Below are positions 13,601 through 27,335 of a stretch of DNA of 64,000 bases, one piece after another. Numbering within the stretch: the stretch's first letter is position 1; each line of letters opens with the position of its first letter. A program made the position numbers and the translations under genes. The notes under the pieces are model-generated. The model saw only the letters and a list, made by a program, of their open reading frames with translations, did no database searches and had not been told where the DNA came from. The DNA is from Mizuhopecten yessoensis (lineage: Eukaryota), in assembly GCF_002113885.1 (NCBI RefSeq), contig NW_018405598.1, forward strand, positions 1 through 64,000, read 5' to 3'.

Positions 13601-16555
13601 TGATTTATGCCTTATGTAAATCGTTCACTTCAAGTTCAATTTTACAACATTGCTCATATCGAACTATTTAATAAAATTTGCAATAATGGTTATGCCCTTA
13701 GGATTACAGCGATACAGACGCCTTATTGTATGTAAAACCTATGTAGATTTCACAGGCTCATTGTATATATAAACACGCGTACATGTCACAACCAAACACC
13801 GTACACTTTTATTGATTTTCATGAACAAGAGTGTCAGACATACTTTATAAAACCTTGTCTTTGGAGACATGTTAGTCTATTGTACATGCCGTAGATAGGT
13901 TTTACGGTATAATCTCACCTTACCATGCTGTAGCACTGTCAACTTTAACATATCTCACGATAAAAACGTTGACCAAATGTGTCCTATGATCAATTACAAT
14001 TATTAACATCGATAAATTGGATCATTACTTTGAACCTTTCAACAAGACATTTTTTTTATGAATTAAACCCTAAAGTTTCTGTAGTAACGGATTTATCATT
14101 AAGTGCAAAAGCGATAATCTTTACTTTAAGATTTAAAGTAGCGTATGCCTTTTGGAACATTTTTTTGCTATCGTGACATATTACAGCTATATTGGAGTAA
14201 AGAACTTATATGAAAGATATAATCAATACTCAAATTATTGTCGCTAGCCCTCAGATTGCATAGGCTCCATCACAATATTAACGTTGAAGGAACGAATTTA
14301 ATGTCCTATTTTTTTATTTGAATGTCATCAATACCAAACTTACCATACTTGATGTAAATATCGATAACGATCCGGTTTTAACGTATTTCTAGACAATACA
14401 CATCAATATAAATGTAACAATTTAGTCTGGAAACCGCCAAACTATATTTAGAGATAATTGTTGTAAATGTTTATCTTTAGGCAAAGAAGGTGGATTAGGG
14501 TTTGAAAATGTTTAACTAAAGCTACCTGGCACACATCAAATGTAAATAGTTCCTATTTAAACTCAGCCGAGGATCGGCCCTTCACAAACACTGGGTCCAA
14601 TGCCGTAGGTATATCGTACCCACTTGGGCTAACTCAAGGAGTGATTTTTACACCTTTCTACCCACGGGGACGCTTGTTCTAATATATATATATATCGATA
14701 ATGCTTAAGATGAAAAAGGGAAAGTGAGAAAATGTGACAGATAGAATTTGGAGTACATATAATAAACCGATAAAATGTTTTAAATCTTTTGTTCGCAGGC
14801 CGTGACCTCGGGAGATCTTTCTACTGTATATGAATATCGTCCTACCAGATATGCTAATGGGAGGAGTGAACGCTAATGTGATTTCAATGCCGCGCAAAGT
14901 AACGTTAGGTTCTAATTAAATGTTGAAATAACTTTAGGCTATACATTTCTCACTTTGTGTTACACCTGGCATTTAGTTAACTAACTGTTCCTTGTCTAGA
15001 ATTAGATAATACCTGAAACACTTAAAAGTACAACTTTTATATCGTCCTAAAGTTTTGTGAATAGTTTTGCTTTTCATTAGAATATGATTATCACAACATT
15101 ACCACTACTTTAATGAAAAATATTTAAGTATTTTCTTAAATCTTAAACAAAATACACATGTACCGGGACACAAATAACCATGTTTTAAGGTTAGTGAAAA
15201 CATGAGTTTGCTGTATTTATCATATATAATGACTGTAACGTTTGATAGCCACAGACATTTTAACACTTACGGAGAGCATATGTGTAAAGTTAAGTCAAAA
15301 CAGTTATGTTGGTGGTAGCGATTTGATCCTTTTATGTTTATGCAAAAGCAATCTGTTACAATTTTGCTGAAAGTCGGAAAATAGTATGTTATCGGTAAGG
15401 AATGATTATACAGTCGTCCGGGAATATCGTTGAATAACTTGGCATTATAAATATTTACATTCGGGTTGACTGCCCATTCTATGAACCTATCTGATGTAAC
15501 ATGTCTTATGACGTCATTAATAATATTTCCCATGTGACGTTAGGCAGTCCGTTCATATAACTCAAAGAATAAGATTGAATCGTCCAAGGTACTAGGAGTC
15601 TTGTTGTGCTGTTCCGTCGATATCGTTTCATTGACGATATAAGTTACAAACAGAGTGCGCCGTGACCCTACGTGATATTCGTCAAACAACATTCCAAGAA
15701 TTTGTTTACAATGATTAAAACCTCCTAACACCACTACAAAATGTTCGCGGTTAAGTGATGTTCCCTGGATAGTATTATTAGTGTGTACTTAAGACAATAT
15801 TCAGACACCTTAATTAAAACATATGATAACTTTATTGTTAAGTCATTATAACGATTTTATACATTGATGTCTGCACAATTATCATGTTTTAATGTTTTAA
15901 AAGTGCTATAATAGGGATCTTAACTATGATATTTTTTCTAATTAAATACATGACTTGCATGATGACTCATACAGTTTGTGGGTACTGCTCCGGTAACGTC
16001 TCTATTAATGTCTATATTCAGATTATGACTAGTTCAATTTATGTGTCGCTATTATTAGTGACCATGTCTTCAAAATGCTGTGATATTTTGCACACTACTG
16101 AATTGGACAATTTATAAATGGAGTTCAACCCGATTCGCATTTAAAATCCCCATATTTATATCACTAAGTATACTTAATTTTCAGAAACACTAGTATTTTA
16201 ATGGTCGTCGTACTTTGAGAGCATGGGTGAGCATTGTTGAGAAATTATTACTGCTCAACAGATCCATTATCATACATCCTATAACCTTGATGTTATGAAT
16301 TACTGAAGGATTTAAATGTGATTTAGCAGTTGTACTTATACAGGGAAAACATAATACTGGCGAGGCTATGAGAATAATGCAGGTTGCGCCTACTCATGAA
16401 TTCCATGAATACGTTACAGTTTTACATTTTGTAACATTTGTCGTCAATATATATAGAAACATATTCAATTATGTGTTTATGTATTAATACGTTCCCCTGG
16501 AGAATTGTGTTTATATGTTATTGCTCCACGCAGTATAGTTTGTGGCGGCTCGGGT

Positions 16556-16622
16556 CCTTACCTTACCTTACTTACCTTACCTTACCTTACCTTACTTACC
16601 TTACCTTACCTTACCTTACCTA
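16556..16622. repeat. (CCTTA)n microsatellite
   Basis: About 13 copies with two single-base deletions. Confidence 0.95.
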
Positions 16623-18121
16623 TTGGGGCATTAGTAGTTATGTACCTGTATTAAGTACAACACATGGTAATTTCATTGAATTGAAGACACACACACAAAT
16701 TGAAACAAAAACATTTTGTGTGAGTGTGTGTTAGATGGAGAGAAGTTGATGGAAAATTGTATATTTAGAGCATTTCAGATACAAAAATCAACATGCATGT
16801 TGGTGTTTTAGTTATAACTGTTATGAGTAATTATAACGGGTTGGTCCAATATGCTTCTCGGGTGCGGGATCATAATCGCTATCACTTTCCTCGCTGACGA
16901 CTTATTAGTTGAGCCTGCTAGGAGGTTGTAAACATTTCTGGTTACCCACTAGTGTGTAACACCCTGGAGCTGATTTCATCGGTCAATAATTCAATTATGA
17001 CGTCACGTAACAATGCTTCATGATCCATGGTAATTGTAAACACCATCGGAAAACAAACATAATGTGTTTCCATGTTAAACATGTTGTTTTCCAAATAAGA
17101 TGTAAACGTGGTGGAAGGAAAGGTTCCTCCAAATCGTGATGGTTGGTTATCATATAAACCTTGTGTCATTTTTTACAATTTGAAAATAAACTCGAAAAAG
17201 TGAGCAACAGTTTTCCAATCAGAAAACATCATGACGTCACTTAATTGATTCTTTATTCAATGATGTAGTTATGATACAATTAAAACTGCCAACCGGTATG
17301 GATAATCTTTATAAAATATAAGTATCATATCATGAAATAGGATGAAACCTGTTTAGTAATGCTTTTATGGTTAGGGTTTAGTGATGATTTTCTAAATAAT
17401 ATTCCGAGCGTTTCGAAAGGCATTCCCTGCTTCCAACATCAGTTCGTGTCAGTGGAGTTTAACATATAAAAGATCAACCTCATTGATAAGCATGGTGTTA
17501 ATATCAAATAAAGTGCAAGTATACAATCCCTGACCTCGTGTGTTGACCTAATGACCTGAATTTAACGGAGAGTGTAATTTGTATATTTATCTCTAATCGA
17601 TTGTGATTGATACAGGTGTGTATACAATGTGCATTCATTCCATTTCGATAAACATCATAAAGCGTATGATATGGAGTTATGATAACACATTTTAAACATA
17701 AAGGTCAATGTTTTCACGGCTCGGTTATCTGTCATTTATAGAAACAGAAACACATAATGCTTTGATAGTCAAAGGTACAATTCAATAGACATATACAACA
17801 CATTCGGCTATACCTTTAGCAGTACGGGGAAATCATATGACAATGTACATAATAGTAGGATTATTTCTAGTTACGTATCGTTAATATCAGCTGTGTATAG
17901 TTTACACAATGTGTGTTTTTATACTGATGACGAATTTAAATGTATGTGAATAAAAAACCTAATATTTTGATTTTTATCAAAGTATCGGTATATCATACTG
18001 ATAACACGATTAATAAATACTCTATTCGCTAAAATTCCGAACAATAAATGAAAAGAACCTGAATTATTCTTCTAATAAATTACTTTTTAGGTAATTAAAA
18101 TATATCATCGACAGCACTATA

Positions 18122-18250
18122 ACGTGTGGGTTTTCTCCGGATGACCCGGTTTACTCCAACATTAATAACCTCTGTACACTTGTTTAATATAGTAATATAA
18201 CGTTTAATATAGTAATATAATGTTTAATATAATTGTAGAAATAAATCTAT
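18122..18250 (+). mobile_element. 5'-truncated V-domain SINE fragment
   Basis: GTGGGTTTTCTCCGGATGACCCGGTTTACTCC resembles the V-SINE core. The 3' part (TAATATA...AATTGTAGAAATAAATC) resembles the copy at 38.9 kb. Confidence 0.6.
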
Positions 18251-19453
18251 TTCATGTTTCTAACATTAAAACCATATAGCTAGTATCATTCTCTTGGGAT
18301 CAAAAAGTGTTACATGTGTACATGTGTACGTATTTAAACAACTATAATGCAATAAGCTTGGCCACAGATGGTGACGAGGGCAGAGTGTGCATAAACATAC
18401 ACTGCAGTCTTTGAGGGAGCGACACTTATTTATCATAGTTCACGACAGGGTGTGGTGGGCCGTTCCAGAAAAACCAATATCGAGTATGAAATTATAATCA
18501 CGATAACACAAAAATATGGCTTGTTTGCTCAAAAGATTTATTAGATTTGAACTCCACTTAAGCAGCAGCAAATAAAGCATGCTTTCTTAACCAGTTCTGG
18601 TATTCACATATCGTCCGACACGGCGTCCACACCTCGGCCGTTATGTACCCGAATACTGATTATCGAAACCTAAGGAAAAGAGCACCAATGTGTAGGTTAA
18701 ATGGGAATGGGGATTTTTTGAAACATTCTGTTCCTAGTGTCACTAATGCTGAATAAGTCTGTGATACAAACAAAATACTTTGTTTATTTCAGGCTTACAA
18801 ATCAAAATGTCAACTATTTGTCACAAGAAAAATGGTTATTCTTATATTATCTGGTAACATATTGTGAAGCCGATAAATGTACATTTTAGAAACAATTTAA
18901 AGGTACGCCCATAATTCAATAGTTTTATCATACCCTTGAAAACAATTTGGTCGCTTAAAATAAGCAGTTTTATTGTTTCTAGAATGTTCTGATAATACTT
19001 TATTGTCATTTCTGTGTATTTAATTGAAATGCTTTTTCCGAAGATATCAATAAGTGACACTAATTATTGATTTATAGCGACAGTGTAATGTTATGCCCTA
19101 TTTCACGTCAAAAGGACCGATATTAATAATTGACCCACCGGATTTCTGCAAAGGAAATGAGATATAATAGCACTTTGTTGTTAAGAAAATAAACCATCGA
19201 AAAAGCATTTCTGTCCATTAATGTATTATTGTCAGCTACAGACATAATCCCCATTCATTGTACAACTTCCTGTGCCACGTTAACAGAGAGTTGTCCGATT
19301 TGGCAGCATGGATATATTATGATGATAGTAATTTATACCTATGCATGACACAGCTTTTTTATGATATTGGCTTTGTTTTGCCTTCGTAATGTATTGTTTA
19401 TTATGACGTCATCATTTGTTGCGTTGTATTGTTCTCTTGTCAACGTGATTGCT

Positions 19454-19800
19454 TAAAAACATAAACACTTACTCCGTAACGAACCTCCTATAAAGGCCTA
19501 TCACGTTGGTTTTAATAAAAAAAAAATATATATATATACAGACTAAAAAGCATCATCAAGGTAAATTAAGTCGACCTTTGCTAACGTTTCACTAAGACTT
19601 CATAAGATTAAATGTTTACAACATAAACACTTAAATGTTTAAAACATAAACACTTACTCCGTAACGAACCTCCTTTAAAGGCCTATCACGTTGGCTTTAA
19701 TCTTTTTTATATATATACAGACTAAAAAGCATCATCAAGGTATACAAAGTCGACCTTTGCTAACGTTTCATTAAGACTTCATAAGATTAAGTGTTTACGA
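19454..19800. repeat. Two-copy tandem duplication (~185 bp)
   Basis: ATAAACACTTACTCCGTAACGAACCTCC...AAGACTTCATAAGATTAA starts at 19461 and 19646. Confidence 0.9.
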
Positions 19801-21274
19801 CGTTTCAGTGATGAATACCACATATTAATTAGTGTATTCATGTATAAAATGTATAAAGATAATGCTTTATTAGAGGGTAGTTCTGATTATTGGCTCTGTA
19901 TATATCGTAGTGTGGATGAGTTTAGCAATAGCGATGTTATGAAGAGATACTGATTCCTGTAACGTTTTGAGAGCCATTATTGTAGCATTAATTCGTGGAG
20001 ACAATCATTTTAATTAATGTATCGATGTAAAAAGAAAAATGAAACTCAAGCATGTTTACTAGATCGTATATTTCGGTTCTTGAATCAATTAGAACAGCGA
20101 ATACTAGTTAAATCAAGTAAACAGCTCATCAGATATATTAAATACTGAAAAGTTTCGATCTGCAATATACCGGTCTTATTCTTCTAATATCGTTACATAA
20201 CCTTTGCTAATATTAAATGTGTATATCATAAAAGGACACCGTTATTCGTAGCATGGAGATAAAATGTTGGCATTGGATATCAAAGTAAAGCACTATCAAT
20301 TTGTCCCATATTTCGGTCACCCTGTGTCACTGATGTTGGGAAATACACACAGGCCCAGTCTGACCTACAATAAATCGCTTTGTAACTACTCGATAATGTG
20401 GAAATTATCCCAATACAGTGACAAAAATATAAATACTTCCGTTGTTACACGGCTCCCGTATCGGTACAGATCAATATTTCTTGTTTCTTTTGTGATAATG
20501 ATAAACTAGAGGTTTTACATTCCAAAATTACCCATTGTTAATATTCCTTGTCCGAACACTATGTAAAACATAACCACCGCCAGCGTCGGTAACGGTTTCT
20601 CTAGTATTGGCTGTATATTGTTATAGTCGTATTTTCGTTAGTATGTCAATACGCGTATACTTAGAAGATGAAGTATTGATATTCATTGTGATACCTTGGT
20701 GGTGTAAAGTCACATGCCAAGTTACAGGGCGCATGGCCTTTCCCTTCTTATTTCATTCATTTCTATTTTTTTCAATGGTGATGATTATCAAAAGTAAATT
20801 TGAATAATGAAAAAGCATTTTCTGTTTTTCATCTCTCGCAACGCTTTGATTTCTTTCGGTTCTGCGGCATTATTTATGTTGCTCCCTTTTTTTTATTATT
20901 TTACCCAATTTCATTGTATTTTACTTGTTTACCACCTCATATCCCGAAAACCCGAAAGAGGAAAGCTCAGTCTGAGCTGTTTGATGGTGTTGTCTCAAAA
21001 GCGACAAATTTTAGCGACGATATTCAAAATTTGCTAAATGTAAAGTTGCATGATGTTGAGAAGAAAGGCCGTTTGTACACGTGTCCCTCAATTATGCACT
21101 AGACGTTATCTTATGTTGGTTCATAATTTGGTACTAAAATATTTTTATAGTATGCACCTTTTCCTGACATTTTTTTCACTTTTTTTTATCTTATTTACGA
21201 ATATAAAATTCAATTGCAAATAAATCACTAGTTATAAAGATGCCTTTAATATTGATTTGGAGCATTTACTGAAG

Positions 21275-21600
21275 ACGATATTTTGTACTTTTATATTCAT
21301 TACAATATATATCATTTACAAAAATCGATTTTCTGATGTTTTATAAAAGTCTTTACAATAACAAACGTCAAATGATTGTATTTTTTATTACAGTATATAC
21401 AATTTACAGAAGTCGTTTTCTTAATTTTTATTACAGTATATACAATTTACACAAGTCGATTTTTTGTATTTTTTATTACAGTATATATTTACAAAAGTTA
21501 ATTCTCTGTACTTTTTATTACAGTATACAATTCCCAGAAGTCAATTTTCACTACTCGTTAGATCATAGTATTAACTGTTCACAAAATTCGATATTGTGTA
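21275..21600. repeat. Degenerate ~40-bp tandem repeat
   Basis: Recurrent TATTACAGTATATACAATTTACARAAGTCG. Explains the spurious YYSIY-repeat ORF. Confidence 0.75.
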
Positions 21601-22218
21601 CTTCTACACACCAGCTTTTCGATTAGGAGATGGATCATCTATCTCTCTAGGGAATGCTTAGTATAGGTAATTAAAGGTAGATGAACCCGGGCATGCAATG
21701 TATCCCGAAATAAACAATCGGGTACATACCCATAAATAACATTGTGTTACGATGTGACCGATAAATATTTTTTACCTAAAGACGATAGAGTAGTTTTATC
21801 AGACAACATCTGTGAATGCTAACAGTTTATGTAGGGAAGCTCACAACTGTTACTTTACTATTTTGTACCAGATATAAATTAAAAAATATATACTAGCGAC
21901 TGTTTTGGTAGACCTTAAAGACTGGAGAGAAAGGAACCGAGTGAACATTTTATAAAGGAATGTATTGTTCTTAATATATCATTTGTCAGAACAAAATGGA
22001 CGAGTCCTACGTATTTATAATGCATATATATAGTGTACATACATTTTATTTTTCAATATTTGAATACATATATACGTTTGGATATTTGAATCATTAACTC
22101 CTTATGAGTCTAATAGGATAAAGTCTTTAAGAAATAAAGACCACTGGATGTCTTTCATCTTCAGTACAATAGCATTATTTTGTGCTTGCAGACATGAGAC
22201 GTTTCACTTGACTACACG

Positions 22219-22360
22219 ATGTACTACCGTAGCGTGGAGAAGTCGGACACGTACCCTCGGGTACTACAGAGACGATCCCAGTCGGCACGCGAGACCTACC
22301 ACCCCTCCATCACAGACCTCAGCGAGCAGGCACTCAGGCTCCCTAACGGCTTCGGCTCAG
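22219..22360 (+). CDS. Uncharacterised ~350-aa gene, coding exon 1 (MYYRSVEKSDTYPRVL...NGFGS)
   Basis: Acceptor TTGCAG at 22191. An in-frame TGA precedes ACG-ATG at 22219. The phase-1 donor CAG|GTAATC joins the next exon in frame. GC content is raised relative to the flanks. Confidence 0.7.
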
Positions 22361-24161
22361 GTAATCATAGGGGAGGTTCAGAAACACAGATAGACAAATA
22401 GAACAACGTAAACACAGTTGGTCATATAGGTGCTCCATATTACAATAGTTCCAGATAGCAATAAAATAGACCTTAGTCACAACATAGTTATCACTGACAG
22501 ACTCTAGTCACATCATAATGATTACTGGAAGTCATATAGTATACATATTACCATAGAGCTGTCCTATGTTCCCAATAGATAGGCGCAGATACCATAAAGA
22601 AATTCAATATTACCATATTGTAATGATAGATCATACAATGTGCTCACATCTCTTAAACAAGCGCCAAGTAATTCTGTACAAGTTGTATGTACATTTTGTA
22701 GCACTATATTAGCCTCACCCTACGTGTCACGAAACACCTTTATGGAATTTAAGTTTGTAATACTTAAATGTAACATATGATCATGTTGTCATTTAGGACG
22801 CATCAGTGTTACTTTAATGTTAAAAGATTAGAAAATGCATGTCTAAATTGTTCATAACATATGCAGAAATACAGCAAAGCGAAACGTTGCCCTTTTATAC
22901 GTTACAAATGAACAAATTTTGGCATTGACAGCCAAGTTATTTTTTAACTTGTATTGCATTTTAACGCTATCAGAATAAAATGCAGCAACAAGGTTAAAAC
23001 ATAAAGATAAAAAGATGAAATCGCATTAAGGTTTTGACAGTTAATACTTATAAGAGATCGAGTACTCGGGGGACCCATATATTCACTCCACTTAGTCATA
23101 TAAACACTCGTTTTATATTGTATTGTCCACATTATCAATCATTGGGTATTTATTGTTTAATTAGAACGAAGAATATTTCAACAGACAATCAGTTATCCAT
23201 TGTAGTCTAACTGTACATCACTTCGCACAATTTTCTATTTGTATTTGTATGGAGCTGGATGGATGTATACAAGTGCTATTCAAACAGGTGATCCGCCAGA
23301 TATATTGATGATCTTAAAATGTCCTGGAATAGGAAGAACTTCGAGGACTATTTGCTTCTCATTTTTCTTCCAAAAGCGAACATGAATATACCACAGCCGT
23401 CGAGTTAACTACAAATCTTAATTCTGTTCCATACATGACAATTATGCGCACCTCAAACTAAACCATCGCGAAGTTGTCACTTACGCCAAGTTTCTTTTTC
23501 TTGTTAATAAGAACTGTCACCCATTGATTCAATTTCCAGAACCTATTCTGATTGGCGACTTATTTAGGTACATTTTTTTTATTTATTTTTTTACTTTATT
23601 CATTCGTGCATTCATTCATAGAAGAAATGGGTTTTGTTGACCAAACATCTATTAAGCCATGAGTAGCAGTGTGTAGATGAGCGGCTTTCATCCTTTTTTG
23701 AGGAAACATGGGAATAATGAGGTTCCAGTGTCTACCACGATAAAAAAAATACATTTACTTTGTCTTCGATCGTTTGTAGCCTACATAATTTTCTAATTTC
23801 AAACGGGAGACATAATGATGATTGATACATTTTTTGCTTGAAAAGTTTTAACGATTTCTCACCTGTGGCTTTTTATTGGAGTTCACAAAGCTTTTTTGTT
23901 TTAGTATACTCAGTTCCTATCGTGGGTAATCTCATCGACTTAGAGTTTTGCCCTTCCTTTTGATGCTGATTACTTGTTAACTTATTTGTATTTAACATAT
24001 CTATAAACTATATCATATCAGGTCATCTTCCTATATACAGAGAAAATATTGGCCAAGATCATAAATCACTTATATGATTTGTAGCAACAACATAATAGAA
24101 TTGTACTGATATGACAAACTTTCGTAATTTATAAATCTGACAACTTTTTTTTTTATTCCAG

Positions 24162-24615
24162 ACGAAGAGACTAGTATTTACCCATTAACCAATGGACACT
24201 TCGGTGACCGGTCAGTCAGACTTGATTTGACGAATGAGGAAACCCCCTCAAGAACAGATGACTTGCCTAATGGAACATTCTCTGAGGTGAATGGCGGGAA
24301 TTACGTGAACAATACGTCAACATCCCGCCCACCTAGTATTCGAATACATTCTACGAGGCTCCCTAAGGTTCCCGACGACAGTTACAGAGACAGAGTGTGT
24401 TTGTCAGCCAATAATCGCCATAAAATTGGTGGATATTACCGACGTCCGCGCAGTGTTGAAATCGGGCGACTGTCGTCTGCCCGCTCGCCTCGTACTATTC
24501 CCAGCGGATATTCAGACACTGATATGGAAAATAACAATTTAGTACCACCTAACTTCCTAATTAGGAATTCATGTTCTACGTCACTTAACACTGCCAACGC
24601 TGTCTCAAATTTAAA
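24162..24615 (+). CDS. Uncharacterised gene, coding exon 2 (DEETSIYPL...NAVSNLK)
   Basis: Strong poly-T acceptor TTATTCCAG, 454 nt open, phase-2 donor AA|GTAAGG. Confidence 0.8.
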
Positions 24616-24845
24616 GTAAGGCCTGTTTAATGATGGGTTTTTTTGTTCATTTTACAAGACAACAATGATAAATGTGAAAGCAATCTAATATAAAGTCTTA
24701 ATTATGTTCAAAATAAGTAATAATTCGTCATTTACATTTCGCTTTTAAATTCGTAGTACGTGTATGTTTAATTTTGCAATATCATTAATTTCATATTTCT
24801 TCCATTTATTGTTTTTTAAAAGATTCTCTATTGATGTGTTTCCAG

Positions 24846-25302
24846 GAAAAACACAGATGACACTCAGCAACGGCCACAAAGCAAGGGGAGATCACCAGGG
24901 ACTCAGCTATCTAACGGTTGTGAAGAAAAAGTCAATGGATTTCATCAGCACTTGGTGAATAAACATCCTCTTCTGAAACAACGTATATCTCGTTGGTTGA
25001 CAAACGGAATAAAAATTCAAAGTTTAAGGTCGAAAAGTGTTCGCAATATGCCAGGTGATTGCCGACCGTCTTCCGAACGACATTCCTGTAGCCGAGGATC
25101 TCGAAGGAAGTTTTCGGAACACAATCTAGTTGAAGAAATGAAAAAAATAAAATTACGTCAGCAGAATCTTTCGAATGAAGTGGAGCCTTGTGATTCAAGT
25201 GACTGGGCATTGACATCATCACTAACAATCACAAACCTGTCCAGGGAAGCAACTATGACGAATTCGCATAGGGACATTACTCTGACAAACTCAAATCATT
25301 GA
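24846..25302 (+). CDS. Uncharacterised gene, terminal coding exon 3 (KNTDDTQQR...LTNSNH*)
   Basis: Acceptor GTTTCCAG is phase-compatible and the frame is open to TGA at 25302. Total CDS is 142+454+457=1053 nt = 350 aa, Ser/Arg/Asn-rich and probably disordered. Confidence 0.78.
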
Positions 25303-26668
25303 AACATTATGTCAGTGTATGCATAGCATTATTAACAGGAACGCAAATTTTGGCTTGTTAATTTTATATTAATGACAAAACATCTTTTTTTTTAAATAGG
25401 TATTTATCAGAGCTGACGATGTGCAAACACCAGACCTTGAATGTCGTAACTTTGACCCTATAACGACGACACGTGTATTCTATGTTCTAGAAAGACAAAG
25501 AATGTATTAGTTTTGGAGAATTTACAGAGGTCATAATTTTGATTTAATTTAGAAGACCTATACCTGGCAAGATAAAGCCGGTCCAGGATGCGAAACTCAA
25601 AAATCAGATGAACTTCAAGTCATTACATCGTTTATGCTGATAAAATACAATTTGTCACCACGTGACGAACGTGAACTAATGGAATTGCTAGATTGTAGAA
25701 GATGTGTGGTACTTATTTATTAGTGTTGTTAGATAGTGATACGCACTTTATATATACGCATGTGATGCATCTCGCCACCTATCGTTATACAAGTCACTTG
25801 TAGTTGTTTTGTATAGTAATGCATCTCTATTTTATTCATTGAAGATTTTTGATAATGAACACCATTTGTATATTATTATTTTAGCATAATACAATCGATA
25901 ATATTAAAACATGTCCCTCCTTAATTCTGTAGACTGCTCGGACTGATATCAAAAGAAACCTAAAACAGTGTGTATGTTATTGATTGAAACGTAGAATGTA
26001 TTCATACATTCTTATATTGTGAGAAAATCAATCTATACGATGGAATATTAGGCAACGAGAGTTTCGACAAAATATACAAAAATACCTGATGTTGCTCCTA
26101 TCTACTTCAACCTGTTTGATACGTTAATGCAGTCACTGGTAACCCGGTTGTCCCACTATGTAACCTACATTACAATCTGTTTAGTCCGGAGAGAGAGCAC
26201 AGTACAACGGTCCTCAGCTGTACATATACATGTAAATTATATCTCTATTGCCTATTTATTCATTCTGAAATTCTGTTTTAACCCTATAGCTACTAGAAAT
26301 GATACATCTATAATTGTTCATACGTACAAAGTTGTGAGAGGTTTCCATAGCTCACATGTCTGGTACAACATTAACACACTACCAGTTGCATACCTTGTGA
26401 AAATAGAACCAATTAAAACGTTTTATCGGTGTGTTCAGTAAACGAAATGTGTTTATGGCGTATTTTCAAATACTTTTAAGTCATAAAAAGGAATGTTTCC
26501 AAACAGTATTCATCCTCCCAACGTAACAACTAATTGTGGTTGCTATGGATATCTCCTTTGTTGGTTGTATAGGTAGGACATTAATACGTGTATATACAGT
26601 TGTGTAATTATTATTTGTTGCTTGGTCACTGGTAGTGTCTCTGTTTCGTTTTTATATTATAGAGTATT

Positions 26669-26861
26669 AATAGCATGACGTGTATACACTACAGACAATA
26701 GCATGACGTGTATACACTACAGACAATAGCATGACGTGTATCACTAGACAATAGCATGACGTGTATACACTAAAGACAATAGCATGACGTGTATACACTA
26801 CAGACAATACCATGACGTGTATACACTACAGACAATAGCATGACGTGTATACACTACAGAC
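26669..26861. repeat. 28-bp minisatellite (AATAGCATGACGTGTATACACTACAGAC) x~7
   Basis: Direct inspection. Confidence 0.95.
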
Positions 26862-27099
26862 CCTTTCACCATGTGTCGCCTTGTGTTTGTGTAGGTCATA
26901 CCATTACTCGTTACCTCAATTTATAGCGATGACATAAATTCTTTACAAAGCAGTATTGTTAAAGTGAATACCGAATATTATAGTCGTGACTATCACACTG
27001 ATTCTTTATAATATAGTACATACTGAATTATACAATGATTACCATGGTGATCAATCAGAGTTTTTACAAAGCAGTGTAGATATGCTTCCTACTTAGTTA

Positions 27100-27335
27100 T
27101 ACAATGGTAGTCATGATGACCATACTGAATTGTACAATGGTAGTCATGGTGACCATACTGAATAGTACAATGGTAGTCATCGTGACTATACTGAATTGTA
27201 CAATGGTAGTCATGGTGACCATACTGAATTGTACAGTGGTAGTCATGGTGACTATACTGAATAATACAATGGTAGTCATGGTGACCATACTGAATTGTAC
27301 AATGGTAGTCATGGTGACCATACTGAATCATACAA
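27100..27335. repeat. 33-bp minisatellite (TACAATGGTAGTCATGGTGACCATACTGAATTG) x~7
   Basis: Direct inspection. Produces 11-aa-periodic ORFs in three frames. Confidence 0.95.

Noticed and set aside
15540-15760. Endonuclease (APE-like) relic suggested by VVLGGFN
   Set aside because: One weak motif lacking the catalytic Asp. It cannot be supported without a profile search.
16556-16622. Interstitial telomeric repeat
   Set aside because: The unit is CCTTA/TAAGG, not TTAGG or TTAGGG.
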